Positions 39,130 to 53,589 of a stretch of 64,000 nucleotides of DNA are shown here, one piece after another. Both the position numbers and the translations under genes were made by a program. The stretch is from assembly GCF_006345805.1 (NCBI RefSeq), contig NW_021832851.1:1-64000 (forward strand), given 5' to 3'. The DNA comes from Octopus sinensis (Eukaryota). Under the pieces are notes generated by a model that worked only from the letters and a program-made list of their open reading frames with translations, made no database searches and was not told the DNA's origin. The first letter of the stretch is position 1. Every line of letters starts with the position of its first letter.

Positions 39130-39530
39130 TGCGTAAGAGTGGCTCTGTTGTAAGTAGCTTGCTTACCAACCACATGGTTCCGGGTTTAGTCCCACTGCGT
39201 GGCACCTTGGGCCGACCATAGCCTTGTGAGTGGATTTGGTAGACAGAAAGTGAAAGAAGCCTATCGTATATATGTATATATGTATAATTATATATATATA
39301 TATATGTGTGTGTGTGTGGTGTGTGTGTGTGTGACTGTGTGTCTGTGTTTGTTCCCCCAACATCGCTTGACAACCGATGGTGTTGTGTTTACGTCCCCGT
39401 AACTTAGCGGTTCGGCAAAAGACCCCGATAGAGTAAGTACTAGGCTTCCAAAGAATAAGTCCTGGGGTCGATTTGCTTCAGCATGCCCACAGTCAAATGA
39501 CTGAAACAAGTAAAAGAGTAAAAGAGTAAA
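39130..39530 (+). mobile_element. SINE family A, near full length
   Basis: gagtggctctgttgtaagtagcttgcttacc...cagtcaaatgactgaaacaagtaaaagagtaaaagag. Confidence 0.9.
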
Positions 39531-40858
39531 CCATCATGAGAAGTACAAAGTTAAAAGCCACCGTGGCAAGATTATTTGAATGTCAGAATTTGAGATATAA
39601 AAGCTTTAAACGTTTGAGCATCGAGTTGATGTATAAACAGCTAGGCTAGACAAATGGATATATCGTTACAAATTAGTGGTGAGTGAAAATATATTCATTG
39701 ATTGGTGCTCGAGAGAATAGGGATTAAATTCAAGTGTCATGTATTGCCTAGTGTTTTATCATTCATTTCCGCTAAAATACGCGTAAAGATGGACGAAATG
39801 CCGCTAAGCTCTTTCCTCGCGTGCTAACGACTGCCAGGATACCATTTTCCCGTAGCCTCATATCGACTTTAGATTTTGTGTTAGGTATCGCATATATAGG
39901 TACGCGTAGAGTGAAGAATTGTGTTGAACACTCTGTATCTGTATTTCGGAAACACAGCATTGTCACCGACATTTCGAATCTACCAGAAGGCTACATTAAA
40001 ATCATATATGTGGGTGTGTGGTAATTCCCAGACAATTACATGTTACCACATTGAGTATGTAGTTCAGCTGATCGGATAACCGAAGTGCTCATTATAGGAA
40101 AACGACCGAATTTCCATTTACTTTAGCCATTAAAATATTTTCGCAAATAGTTCAGAAATATACACTATTCAACACTTTGATGTCTGATAAAAGGTAGATA
40201 TTATCTACAGTGCAGTTCCTCTCTTAAAATATGCAAACGTCGTATTCGTGAGCCATCAACATCGCCATCGTTTACAATCATTATAGCATACATCTGATGT
40301 CTGATAATATATGGCGTCTCTGCTATTTGTGAGGCAACGTTATTATTTTGTTGATTTTTTAATATTTTTTTTTCTTCTTGTTGTTTTACATAAAACGTTC
40401 GTTGCTGTAAGCTATTAATTGCTAAACTTTTTTGCAGCTTCAATTTTATATTCTGCTGAGATCTTTAAACCAATCATTTGAATAAAAACTAGTTAGCCGA
40501 GAATGTCTAGTGAATTTCAATCCAAAGTAGACAAAGGTACTGCATAAAAACCTTCAGGAATACGCTTTGTTCCCCATGCGTCAACCATTTTCAATTCATG
40601 ATGCTTACATGTTTTAGTGTCATTTCAAGACTTTCCGAGCTATACCAATTCTAACACATCCTACAAGTATGAGTATAATACAAATGCAATTATTCATACA
40701 TAGGTATACAATCACACACACTCACAGACATCTAGTCAGCTACTGTCACCAATACAAAAATGTTTATGCACACAGGAATGCGTATTTGTATATATATCTA
40801 CATGTATATATATATACATGTATATATATAGGTATGTATATATATATATATATATAGG

Positions 40859-40902
<44 letters not shown>

Positions 40903-41509
40903 TATATAGGGTTATATAGGGAGTAGATAGATAGATGGAGTGATATATTTATGGATTTAGATATATACAAACATAAACAGACGTACATATATACGTACAT
41001 CTTTTAATATATATCTATATATGCATAGATGTGTTCTTGTTTAGATATATATATATATACATACATATATACACACACGTATATATATTAATATATATGT
41101 AAATATACTTATCTATATACATTTATATTCGATCTTCTGCGTATACTTGTCAATAATTTTTATGAGTATTTTCTTAAGTTTCCCCTGTAAAATCTGTGTT
41201 GCATATCGTATAGTTAATTGGAAATATTTTTCCACCACTACATCTGAAGTCAAAGTAAAATAATGTAACACGTAACTGAGAGTATAGTGAGATTTAAATA
41301 CGAATTTCCTGTTGAAACGCGGCTATTTGTAATTAAAAGGAAATATTCGATTTTGTTGCAGCAAGGAACAACTTTGCTGGGAATTTTCATAGAATTCATT
41401 TCATTAGCATTTAAAAATCTATATGGAATCTTTTGGTATGAGGAGGAATTCAATCAACCGCTTTAAATTGATCATTACATATATGTGAGTGTGTATATGA
41501 ATATATGCA

Positions 41510-41578
<69 letters not shown>

Positions 41579-41669
41579 ATCATTGCGTGTATGTATATAC
41601 ACATGCATATATATGTACATATATATCTATACATACATATATTTCCATATATATTTATACATATCTCTA

Positions 41670-41717
<48 letters not shown>

Positions 41718-42554
41718 TATATATATATATTATATATATATATACATATACATAGTTACATACACATGTAAATATATATATATATATATATATTTCCATA
41801 TATAAGTAAATACATATATATATATATGTATGTTTGCATGTATCTCTCTCTCTCTCCCTCTATTTACACATATATATATAATTATGTATCTATGTGTGTA
41901 TGTATACCCCCCACATGCAAACACGCATAGATGTTTAAATATATATACATGATCTTCAATATAACGTATATATGTACGTGTCTATGTGTGTCTGTGTGTC
42001 TATGTGTGCATGTCTCTATGTGTGTACAATTGAATGTATATATGTGTGTTTTTGTATATATGTACGTCTACATATATTCCTAATTAGGTATAAGCCTTCT
42101 TTAATGTAGGAGATGAAATCACCCTTCGGTTTCATTAATTAAACAAAAAGTCTATGATTGTAATGAGAAGGTGGATGTCGGAAAAAATGAGTTCCTATAA
42201 AATCTATAACGAAATATAAAGGCTCCCTTTTATTTTTGAATGTTTTATTACGATAAATATATAATTAAATCGTAGATAATTAACGACTCGCGCAGACATG
42301 CAATTACACACAGAAACAATAAAGCAGTTTTGTTGTTGTTGTTGTTGTGGTTGTAAATGTTTGTAATTTTAGTTCCGTTTTCATTATTAGAAATGATTCG
42401 TTCCATGTCAGGTCAGATCTGAATTAGGAGCGTTGTGAGTGAATGTATCTCCGATGGCCCTCAGTTGTTTCTTATTGCTAATGAGGGATTTGAGTGATAT
42501 TCACGGCTATTTCTAGAGCCCATTTTTGGCTTATACTAATTGATTTCAAATTTT

Positions 42555-42765
42555 AGTTGAAGGCCAACAATTTTGGGGGAAGGGATAAGTCGATATCATC
42601 GGCCCCAGCTCTCAACTAGTACGTATTTCATGGACCACTGGTACTTATTTCATCGATGGAAGACAAAATCGGCATCAGTAGAATTTGAACTCAGAACGCA
42701 AAGACGGACTAAACGCTGCTGATCATTTTGCACGGCATTCTAACGGTTCTGCCAGCTCGACGCCT
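42555..42765 (-). mobile_element. SINE family B
   Basis: gaatttgaactcagaacgcaaagacgg...ctgccagctcgacgcc. Confidence 0.85.
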
Positions 42766-42938
42766 GAAAGATATAACTTATTGCGAAGCCCTGCCATGTT
42801 TCATTTCTTGATATCTGAGTTGATGCGAAAATTAGTTCATTTCTAAGGGTTTACATAACAAATATGTTCCACTTCTAATTTAATTGCTTAACCCTGTCTC
42901 ATTTTATGGTTGTAGCTATTTTAGACAATTTACGTCAT

Positions 42939-43012
42939 TAATTATGATGCTATCACAACAAAAGGTTCACAGTCGAAAGCTTAATTATGATTTAATTAAT
43001 TATCATTAATTA
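42939..43012. promoter_or_regulatory. Cluster of five TAATTA homeodomain-type sites
   Basis: TAATTA at 42939, 42982, 42993, 42997 and 43007 in non-repeat sequence. Confidence 0.3.
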
Positions 43013-43681
43013 GCTGTGTGGCGAATGCTGAACATCGTTGAGCAGACTATCAAAACAAATAACTTTCATTGAAGCCAGTTATAAAATTCAATGCCTGTCT
43101 GCCTTCGTTCCATTCATTATTTCCCAGTCTCATATCGTGGCCTTGAGAAGAGGATGAATATTGAGATATCCCATTTTATAAAGATCCTTTAATCTATTTC
43201 ACTCTTATCCTTAGTCAGATCGAAAACTGTATTGATTCTTTATTGAGAAACAAAGGCTCGATATTTTGAAGGTTCCGTTTGGAGAGGTTTAAAGGAGGGA
43301 CATTAAGAATATCAATCCTAAAATATAAATGGTGCAATATTTTATCGATTTTCGTGGAATGAGAGGCAAAATTAACCTCTTCGAGATCAGAAGCTAATTT
43401 TTTCGTATTATATAAGTGAGCTTCGAATAAGCCATTTTCCTTTCAAGAATATTCTTTCACGAACACGCACTACGGGTTCATGTATATGCGCTTGTGCGTT
43501 TTATTTAAAAATCTGACATGAATTCATATACAAAAATTATCAGTCCAAGAGAGGTGACGTTTTAATTTCTTTCTTAAAAGGCCTACCAGTGTAAGAGGTG
43601 TGATTCATTTTCAACGATGCGGCAAGCACGACTGCTTTGAGAAGAGAAACATTAAATTGTTATTTCTCTTATGACCGCCTG

Positions 43682-44070
43682 TTAGGCGGGTGTAAGGTAT
43701 TGTTAACTCGCTGCGCGAAATGTTTGGCGGTATTTCGTCTGCCGATACGTTCTGAGTTCAAATTCAGCCGAGGTCGACTTTGCCTTTCATCCTTTCGGGA
43801 TCGATTAAATAAGTACCAGTTACGCAATGGGGTCGATATAATCGACTTAGTCCGTTTGTCTGTCCTTGTTCATCCTCATTGTGTTTAACCCCTTGTCGGT
43901 AGTAAAGAAATAGGTATTTCGTCTGTCACAACGCTCTGAGTTTAAATTCTGCCAATGTCGACTTTGCCTTTCATCCATTCGGTATCAATAAATTAAGTAC
44001 CAGTTGAATCCTGGGGTCGATGTGATCTACTGTCCCCTCCCCACAAAATCCATGTCTTGTGCCTATAGTG
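43682..44070 (+). mobile_element. SINE family B, dimeric
   Basis: The core gttctgagttcaaattc..gtcgactttgcctttcatcc..taagtaccagtt occurs twice in tandem. Confidence 0.9.
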
Positions 44071-44137
44071 GGCAGTTTATTTCTCTGTATTTCTTTCACT
44101 CTTTATCGAAATTTTGTTTAAAGTTTCCCATTTTACA

Positions 44138-44535
44138 CAGGCGCAGGCATGGCTGCGTGGTGAGAAGTTTGCATCCCAACCACATGGCTCTGGGTTCTGT
44201 CCTACTGCGTGGCATCTTGGACAAGTATCTTCTACTATTGCCTCGGACCGACCAAGGCTTTGTGAGTGGATTTGGTAGACGGAAACTGAAAGAAGCCCGT
44301 TGTATGCATGTGTGTGTGTATTTGTATGTTTGTGTCTGTGTTTGTCCATCCCACCATTGCTTGAGAACCAACACTGATGAGTTAACGTCCTCGTAACTTA
44401 GAGGTTCGATAAAAAAGGCCGATAGAATAAATACTAGGCTTACAAAGAGTCAGTCCTGGGAGCGATTTGTTCAACTAAAACCCCTCTAAGTGGTGATCCA
44501 GCAATGACTGAAAGAAGCATAAGAACAAAAGAAAG
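44138..44535 (+). mobile_element. SINE family A, full length
   Basis: ggcgcaggcatggctgcgtgg...aatgactgaaagaag. Confidence 0.9.
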
Positions 44536-44549
44536 AGTTATTATATATC

Positions 44550-44872
44550 GTGAAGGCACGTGGCATAGTTGTTAGGGTTTTTGGCTCACGATCGCAATGG
44601 CGTCAGTTCAATTCCTGTCGACGCGTTGTCTCTCAGCTAGATGCTTTATTTCACGTTGCTCAGTCCACTCAGCTGGCAAAATTGAGCGGTACCTCTAATT
44701 CCAAAGGCCAGCCTTGTCACACTGTGTCTCACTGAATGTTCCTGAGAACTACATTAAAAGTACATATGTCTGTGGAGTGCTCAGCCACTTGCACGTTCAT
44801 TTCACGAGCAGGCTGTTCTGTTGATCGAAACAAGTGGAATCATCGTCGTAGTAATCGACGTAGTGCCAGTTA
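44550..44872 (+). mobile_element. SINE family C, full length
   Basis: gtgaaggcacgtggcatagttgttaggg..ggctcacgatcg..cagttcaattcc...cgacgtagtgcca. Confidence 0.85.
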
Positions 44873-45562
44873 GTTATTATACACATCTCTCAATCAGTCA
44901 TGCCTTACAGTAAGTAAATAAAGAAATACCTCAAAACAGCTTGGCCGCTATGTTAACGAAACTTGCCATGAACCCCAATAGAAAGTAAATATCATTAGAA
45001 GGTTCACGCAGTGGGTGCAATTTGGTGTCCTCGTACACCCGAGGTTCACAAATGCTGGTCAGTGGAGTGAGTCAAGAATTTCTTGAGTGGACAGAAATTT
45101 CAATTGCAGAGATTTGAGGAAAAGATTCATTCAAATAAAAGGTTGGAAAACTTTCGATAATATTGTGAATTAATTGTTTGGCTGATAATTAGAAGTAATC
45201 AAGTTGAGAACTAAATGCAAGAGGTCAGTAGAATCAGTGTGCTTGATTGCTAAGCCTGTTCTTCGAAAGTATGAAGTAGATATCGAACAAAATCTATCGA
45301 CCCAATAAAAGCGTTGCTACATATTCATTCCATTAGTAAGAAATAGCAGCTAATATCTTTCAATTCATACCAAACTGTATTATGCAAACTATATTGTCAT
45401 TTTTTTAATATTTTAATTTATAGTATAAATACATACATGTGTGTGTGTGTGTGCGTGTGTGTGTTCATAAATTCATGCATATATGTATACATATATATAT
45501 ATACACACACACATATTTACATACCCATATAGATATGAAGATATATAAATGCATACATTTAG

Positions 45563-45715
45563 ATGCAGGAGTGGCTGCATGGTAAGTAGTTAGCTTACCA
45601 GCTACATTGCTCCGGGTTCAGTCCCACTGCGTGGCACCTTGGGCAAGTGTCTTCTACTATAGCCTTGGGCCTACCAAATCTTTGTAAGTATATCTGGAAG
45701 CCTGTCGTATATATG
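45563..45715 (+). mobile_element. SINE family A, 5' half
   Basis: gcaggagtggctgcatggtaagtag...ccttgggcaagtgtcttctactatagcc. Confidence 0.85.
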
Positions 45716-45949
45716 TGTGTGTGTGTGTGTGTGAGTGTCTGTCTTTGCAGACACACAGATGGACGGACGGATAGACAGACAGACATACATACAGATAAAT
45801 AGACGAATATATATATAGACACACATAAATACACACGCATACATATATACAATCTTGAAAAAAATTGAGTCAGAAATTCAACTAGTTTGCTAACTTGTCG
45901 CCCTCAGATATAAAACATAGCGGTTTCCCATATTGAGACTCACATTTTG

Positions 45950-46620
45950 TAATGGGGGGGGGGTCACGTGATTCATGTTGGCGCCGTAATTGATTGTTTT
46001 AATAGATGCTACAACGGAGAAATGAACATAAACCTCGCGCTGTTTAAGAAGCCTCCGTAACGGTTGGGGCGTGGGCCTACAAGGTAAGAAACCACAGCTG
46101 TCGATATATATATATATTTATTTATTTAATCTTTCATTCATTAATTTCTCAGCTTCAGACTTCATTGGAATGCTTGCAGCAGAGTGGTCGACTTTAAAGT
46201 TACTCATGGATACGGAACAACACCCTTAAAATAACAAGCAAACACGACCTTGGAACTATTGGAACTAGGAATGACGCAACCCCAAATACAGCCAAAAACA
46301 CATTTGCCATTTCATAGCCTTTAAAGTCAATAGAATTTTTGTTTTTTCGCTTTTTTTTGTATTCGTTTATATTTTTTGCATAATAAAGCAAAGAATAATT
46401 ATTGTATGCTTCCTTTGCATAGCAGCAGTAAGTCTTTCCTTCATTGACAATTAACTTGTTTCATACAACATTTAGTGTTTTTTCAAACGCTAAACTTAAC
46501 CGCATCTGATATATTTAAGAGAAAACGTTGCGCCAGAAATGCGCTTTACATAATCTCCACTGCAACGTTAAAAGCGGTAGTAGATATTATTAGGCAAAAT
46601 CATGCGCATGCGAAGAACAA
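45950..46620 (+). promoter_or_regulatory. Promoter-like patch with a candidate 69-bp intron
   Basis: GTCACGTGA 45963-45971, TTGGCGCC 45978-45985, TGCGCATGCG 46603-46612. AAG|GTAAGA at 46084 ... tttctcag| at 46152. Confidence 0.3.
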
Positions 46621-46873
46621 ATAAATAAATTTAATAAATAGATAGGGAGATAAATGGTATTTTTCTGTTATGTCATTGCGCAGAACAAAACATTTACAGA
46701 ATCTCGAGGTCACCTCAACTGATATTGAAAATGTTATGTTGTGCTGGGATGTGATGTGTTATTATGTATCGGCGACGCCAACATGCATGTACGCATGCAT
46801 GCATGTGAATGGTGGTGATGTACATATCTTTGTATATACCCCGAAATATCACTCGCATCTATACAAATATACA

Positions 46874-46948
<75 letters not shown>

Positions 46949-47160
46949 GCATATATACACGCACACATACAAATATGTGTGTGTGTCTGTGTGTTTTGGG
47001 TGTTGTGGGTGTGTGTGCATGTTTGAATGAATGAATTTCTATGAATGCACATCGAAACATTATCGATATCTCTTTACTCATCAGTCTGACTCTTCATCTA
47101 TCTCTATATATTCAGGTTTCTCTTTTATATCCATGTGAGCCTGTTTAGGGGCTTCCCTGA

Positions 47161-47216
<56 letters not shown>

Positions 47217-47314
47217 GTATGTGTGTTGTATGTATACATATATATGGGTATGAGCATAGTTATAGTACATATTGTTTGTTTATGCCCAGTGTTCTGCCAT
47301 GTGTGAGTGAGTGT

Positions 47315-47366
<52 letters not shown>

Positions 47367-47969
47367 CAAGCGTCAGTAAATATGCGCAGATTTTAAACAG
47401 AATGCGATAAAACAAACGGAGAGTGAGATAACAATAGGAGCGAGATAGAAACAAAAAGAGTGAGAGTGATGGGGGGTAAGAAAGTAGGAGGGTAGTGAGA
47501 AAGTGAAAGTAGAAAGTATATGGGACCAGGGAAAGTGAAAGTATATGAAGGAGAGTCATAAAAAGGAGAAAGAGATTACGTATACTATAGAACAGAATGA
47601 GTTTGTGAGTTACATATTTAAGATATATCATCAGTTATGAAATTATATATTTGCTAAGAGGAATCAGTAAAATTCTATTGTAATGCATTAATAAATTCAT
47701 GAGTCTTTCCTCAGATGCACGCCGCGTTTTAATGCATGACTGCCTGTGCATGATCATGTGTGGTTGGTGTTTTTCGCTTTCGCCTGTGTGTGCCTAAGCA
47801 TTCTTGGGTGTAAGTCTATATATGTGTATGGGTGTGTTGGCGTTTTATGGGTGCGCGTAAATACGTGGTGTGGGACATTTGTTTATAACATTGCGGAAAT
47901 GCAAAATCAGCAGAAAGTCTATACATATGTGTATGCATGCGTATATACGCGCGAACGCGCGTCTACGTA

Positions 47970-48025
<56 letters not shown>

Positions 48026-48239
48026 AGTGCACGCGTGTTCGTGTGTCTGTGTAGGAGTGGTGATTGTGTTTGCGCTCGTGATCGTATGTGCGTAAATATG
48101 TGTTTTTGAACTAAAATATTAAGGCTTACTGTTCTCCCTCACACATACATATATGCCCACACACACATATATACAATATACAAATTTAACGTACATACAC
48201 ATCGTGTATATAAGCAAGTACCTCTTTCTTTCACTCTCG

Positions 48240-48300
<61 letters not shown>

Positions 48301-48911
48301 GTGTGTGTGTGTGTATGTATATGTAGGTAGGTAGGTATGTACGTATTCATGCACGTACATCAATATAAAATATATATATAGAGAGAGAGAAAGATATTTC
48401 TAAGTATGTGTGCATGTATGTGTATATATATTGATGTAAATTGCTTGATAATGACATGCATGCTGCAAGGGACTGCATAGCAACAGCAGGAATAAAAAGC
48501 CCGCCGCAGTGCAGCAAATTGCAACAGGAGTAATAGGAGTTAGGGAGATTGTTATAATGTGCAATTTATCAAAGCCACGCAATGTAGTAATGTTATATAA
48601 TCCCAAATTGTAGGAGTTGGTTTAAAACAAACAAACAAGCAAACAAAGAGAGAGAAAAAAGAGAAAGAAAGAAGGCTTAGTTTGCTGTTGCTACGGGATT
48701 GGTATATCGTACGGCTAAAATTATTTATCCATCCCTAAAGGTTTATGCTAAATATATGTTCTAAATCCTAGTCAAACAATAAGCCCTATGTCTATGCATG
48801 TATATGTGGATATTTCTTCAATAGGGTCCTCTCATACTCGAAGCATGAATCTGTATTCACAGACGTGTTTGTATGTGTATGTATATGTATGTATGTATCT
48901 ATGTATATATG

Positions 48912-48952
<41 letters not shown>

Positions 48953-48959
48953 TTGTATG

Positions 48960-49059
<100 letters not shown>

Positions 49060-49344
49060 CGTTATTCGGTTCATTTCAAGATTTCTTGCCGATAGAGATA
49101 GAACCGGTTTCTAACCTAAATCCAAGCTCCTTCATTGGAATCCCATCATCAACAAGTATTTTTGTTTTGTATATATATATGTATGTATATATGTATGTAT
49201 ATATGTATGTATATATGTATGTATTTATATGTGTATGTATATATGTATGTATGTAAGTATGTGTGTGTGTATGTATGCATGTATGCGCAGATTTGTATGT
49301 TTTATATATGTATTCTCATGAATATAGTTTTACGTATGTATATA

Positions 49345-49998
<654 letters not shown>

Positions 49999-50204
49999 AA
50001 GTAAGAGAGAAAGAGAGAGAGAGATGTAACTTCTTTAAGTGTTTGCATTACAAGTTAGCCTGACTCCTTAAGACAGCAACATTTTGATGCATGTTCAGAT
50101 ATTTCTTTTGGGTTCCCTTGTCTCCCCAGTCCCATATTCCTGAACAAGAATTTTTCTCTAAATGGAAGAATCATACAGAGATTATAATATGTATTGTATA
50201 TATA

Positions 50205-50420
50205 TTCTTTTCTACTCTAGGCACAAGCCTGAAAGTTTTGGGGGAGGCGACCAGTCGATTAGATCGACACCAGTGCGCAACAGGTACTTAATTTATCGAA
50301 CCCTAAAGGATGAGAGGCAAAGTCGACCTCGGCGGTATTTGAACCCAGATTGTAAAGACAAACGAAATACCGCTAAGTATTTCTCCCGCCGTGCTAACGT
50401 TTCTGCCAGCTCACCACCTT
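50205..50420 (-). mobile_element. SINE family B, full length
   Basis: ttctactctaggcacaagcc...ggcaaagtcgacctcggcgg...ctgccagctcaccacc. Confidence 0.9.
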
Positions 50421-50479
50421 ATGTATTGTATATATTGTGTCAAAGCAGCAAACATACATCTATCAGGAGTATGAATTTC

Positions 50480-51170
50480 CTTCACTAGTCACATATTGGA
50501 TTTGAGGACTAATTTTTTAATTGACATTTTCATAGAGAACCCATTTCTCGTCATCCGTCACTATTCGGTCGACAAAAACTTCATTCATGAGACGGGGCAG
50601 CAAAGAAGAGCACATATTCACTTACTGCACTCGATTAGACTCGAAAAGTTTGTGAGGAACCCATTGAACCAATTTGCTGATTTTTCCGGTGGCCCTCAGG
50701 AGTCGATGAATGGTTGAATGATCAAATCCAAGCTACACTGTAAGTTCCTCAATAGTTACGAAGGGATTTTGCTCCACCAGGTTTTCCAGGATGTCCACGT
50801 TGAGCTCTACAGATCTTCCAGGATGAGGTTTGTTTCGAAGCTGTAGCTTCCTGCTCGGAACTTCTGGAACTACCGTTGACACTGCCTTATTCTTATTGTT
50901 CGAACCCCATATACCCGATTTATATTCCTCGTAGTTGCCTTTATTGAACTCATAAAACAAAATATGCTGAATATGCTCCTTTGTCACTTCTATTATAGCT
51001 TCGAAAAAATAACTTTTAAACTCAAACTGCACGAAGAGTAGGGACAAGGCAAAACTGCACTAAGAATAAGGTCAAGGTAAAATTAGTACCTGTTTTTATA
51101 GCAAGCTCATACATATAGTTTATCCCGTCCCCTCCGACTTTTAGTTCATGCAATTGATAAAAAACGCATA
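50480..51170 (-). mobile_element. Decayed mariner, 5' half (same family as 6003-6925)
   Basis: EVTKEHIQHILFYEFNKG, PHPGRSVEL, IVTDDEKWVLYENV. The 5' flank aligns with 6020-6140. Confidence 0.9.
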
Positions 51171-51316
51171 CATATATATATATATACACTCACACAAATA
51201 TATATATATACACTCACACAAATATATCAGTGTGTGTGTGTGTATATAAATGTACTGGATTACATTATGCATACAATTACCTTATTCATGTATAAGGTTA
51301 CCTTATGAAGTTCATT

Positions 51317-51397
51317 GGCTTACAACTGTTTCCGCTATAAGATTCAAGGAGCTCGTTGATGAGTGCCTGAATAAAACTTTATAATGTCATCGGAGCC
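51317..51397 (-). ncRNA. Hammerhead-like motif with a long stem II and a CCGAUGA core
   Basis: ggct-CCGATGA-[54-nt imperfect hairpin]-GAAAC-AGTT-GTA^-agcc. Stem I ggct/agcc pairs perfectly. Confidence 0.45.
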
Positions 51398-51481
51398 TCG
51401 ATTAATAGACAGACGGACAGAAGAACAGACAGACAGAAGAACTGACAGACAGATAGATATATACATAATTTAAACTATGTA

Positions 51482-51514
<33 letters not shown>

Positions 51515-52299
51515 CTGCACACGCAGCGTAGTTGATTTTATTTCATCTAATATGTATGGACATACAAAATACACTCCCATTTCAGGGAGGATTATTCAGG
51601 AAAAAAATTAACTTTAGTTTATTTAACCATTTAATGTTTATTGAACACTTTATAGCTGAAAAGAGAAAAATATTTACAAAACATCCAAATATGACAGCGG
51701 AAAAAAACAAGTTTAATAACATTACTGTAACTTGAAAAAGAAAAGTGGAGTTTAAATACAGAAAAAAATATTAATGAACATAAAACTCGAGCAAGCGGCG
51801 CAGCTAAGCATTAAGGCAGGATATCACATCAGTTAAAATATCCTACATGAATAGTCGGCAGTAATATAACTTTCAAGGATGACACAAGCACTTTCATTGT
51901 ATGTCAAAAACATTAGGTTATATAAAAAGCAAGCTGTCAAGATAGTTCAATATAGGAAGGGAATCACAGTAGTTGAACAGATAATTTACAATTAAAATAT
52001 CCTATATGAAGATCTTAAAGTAATATGAATTTCCAAGGAAAAATAAAAAGCAGAAAACATTTTATAAAAAGAAGGTTCCAGTATTTTCCTGGATCTTGGG
52101 AGGGTCATAATAACAGGAACAAATACATGAAATATTTCTGTTTCACTTCTTTTGTTATTATTAATCACCTAGTTTAAGGCGGCAAGGTGGCAGAATCGTT
52201 AGCCAATTAACTAACCTACTGTTTGATTACTCGTTCGGTCAATCAATCAACAATATAGGTTAGAGCGCTCTCGTCACCATCCGTGACCTCATCAGAGAC

Positions 52300-53190
52300 A
52301 GGTCTTCCCTACTGTGTAGCTGTTTATTATTGATACAACAAAATTTGTTTCAACAAACCGGTCCACAACAAGAATTAAGCAAACCAAATGCAAAATCAAA
52401 GCTACGAGTACATTTGAACATGAAAGCACAATCAGAATATAGAGAAAAAGTTTAGAGTACTTTACCGAAGTTAGAAAATTGTTCATCACGAAAGCCTAAA
52501 AGCTCACCATCACCACTTTTGATATCACAGTCTTCAAGCAACGCATCGTCTTCAGCACCATTAATGGCATTTCTGATTCTACACTTCTTAAAAGATTTGG
52601 CAATTATTTCACTCCTTGTCCGCATTTTGCCAAATTCCTTCACCTACTCTCACACTTGTGCAATTGTGGCCTGCTTCTTTCTTCCTGTTTCTTAAATTTC
52701 GTGATCAACATCTTCCTTCCTCCTCTCCGATGTTCGCGTATATTTTATTTAAGAGGCTTAATGACGTATATACAGCAATTTACTCAGCTGTCCACCAGAA
52801 ATGACAACCAATTAAGCATTTAATTCTTCCAACTTAATTTTCATTACTCCAATTCTATTTACTCTATACTATAAACTTATCCGATACCAGAAGAAGGTTT
52901 TGATGCTTTGAACATATATTTTGTAGCCACAATTTTAGTCCGGCTTCATGATTCCAGTGTTTTGGATGAATATTAACAATTACATTGCATTGAAGTTTTC
53001 TCTCGGGTTCACTTTTCTTTTAAATATCAACAGTTGTGGCATTGTTTCGAAGCAGCACAGCAAGTCAGAACTATTTTATAGCATGTCTTTTCATGGCTAA
53101 ATCTACTTGAGAAAACTATTGTGATCCGTTTCTCCCCTACACACATTGTAGATGATACATCAAAATTTAACTGGAATAATATCTGACTCT
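52300..53190 (-). mobile_element. pogo/Tigger-like transposase remnant
   Basis: HEKTCYKIVLTCCA, PQLLIFKRK, KQATIAQVCE, EIIAKSFKKC..NAINGAEDDALLED. Confidence 0.85.
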
Positions 53191-53195
53191 CAAAC

Positions 53196-53493
53196 CCCCT
53201 TTCATGGGGCTGAAGAGATGATAGTCTGAAGGCGCTAAATTATTCTAGTGACGAGGAAGTGAAAGTTGTAGTGAAGAAGTGGCTCAAAGAACAGTCAACA
53301 GAATTTTACGGGGCAGGGATGCATGCTGTCATTGGAAGGTAGAACATTGCTATTGAGAGAAACGGTGACTATGTTGAGAAATAGGGATGTAGTCCACAGA
53401 GGACCAGCTTCATTTTGATGTATGATACATGTTCCCGTGCTTGTAATTATACCTGTCCTAAACAAAATGGCATTACTTTTTGACTCACCCTCG
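53196..53493 (+). mobile_element. Mariner 3' end with a 45-bp micro-inversion
   Basis: Plus strand YSSDEEVKVVVKKWLKEQSTEFY..NGDYVEK*, terminus actttttgactcaccctcg|ta. 53196-53240 encodes DLAPSDYHLFSPMKG on the opposite strand. Confidence 0.9.
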
Positions 53494-53589
53494 TATATCA
53501 CTTTTAGTTTGAATCTGATAGTTTACTTTAATATTTTACTACCTACAGCCATATTGCTGAACTAACATAGCTAGATCTATTGGATAGAG

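Noticed and set aside
40201-40443. 80-aa minus-strand ORF
   Set aside because: Non-ATG start, partly poly-A/low-complexity, and no recognisable motif or splice support.
51630-52045. Minus-strand AATAAA and a repeat of about 50 bp at 159-bp spacing, as a gene 3' end
   Set aside because: AATAAA is common in this composition and no upstream terminal exon was found.
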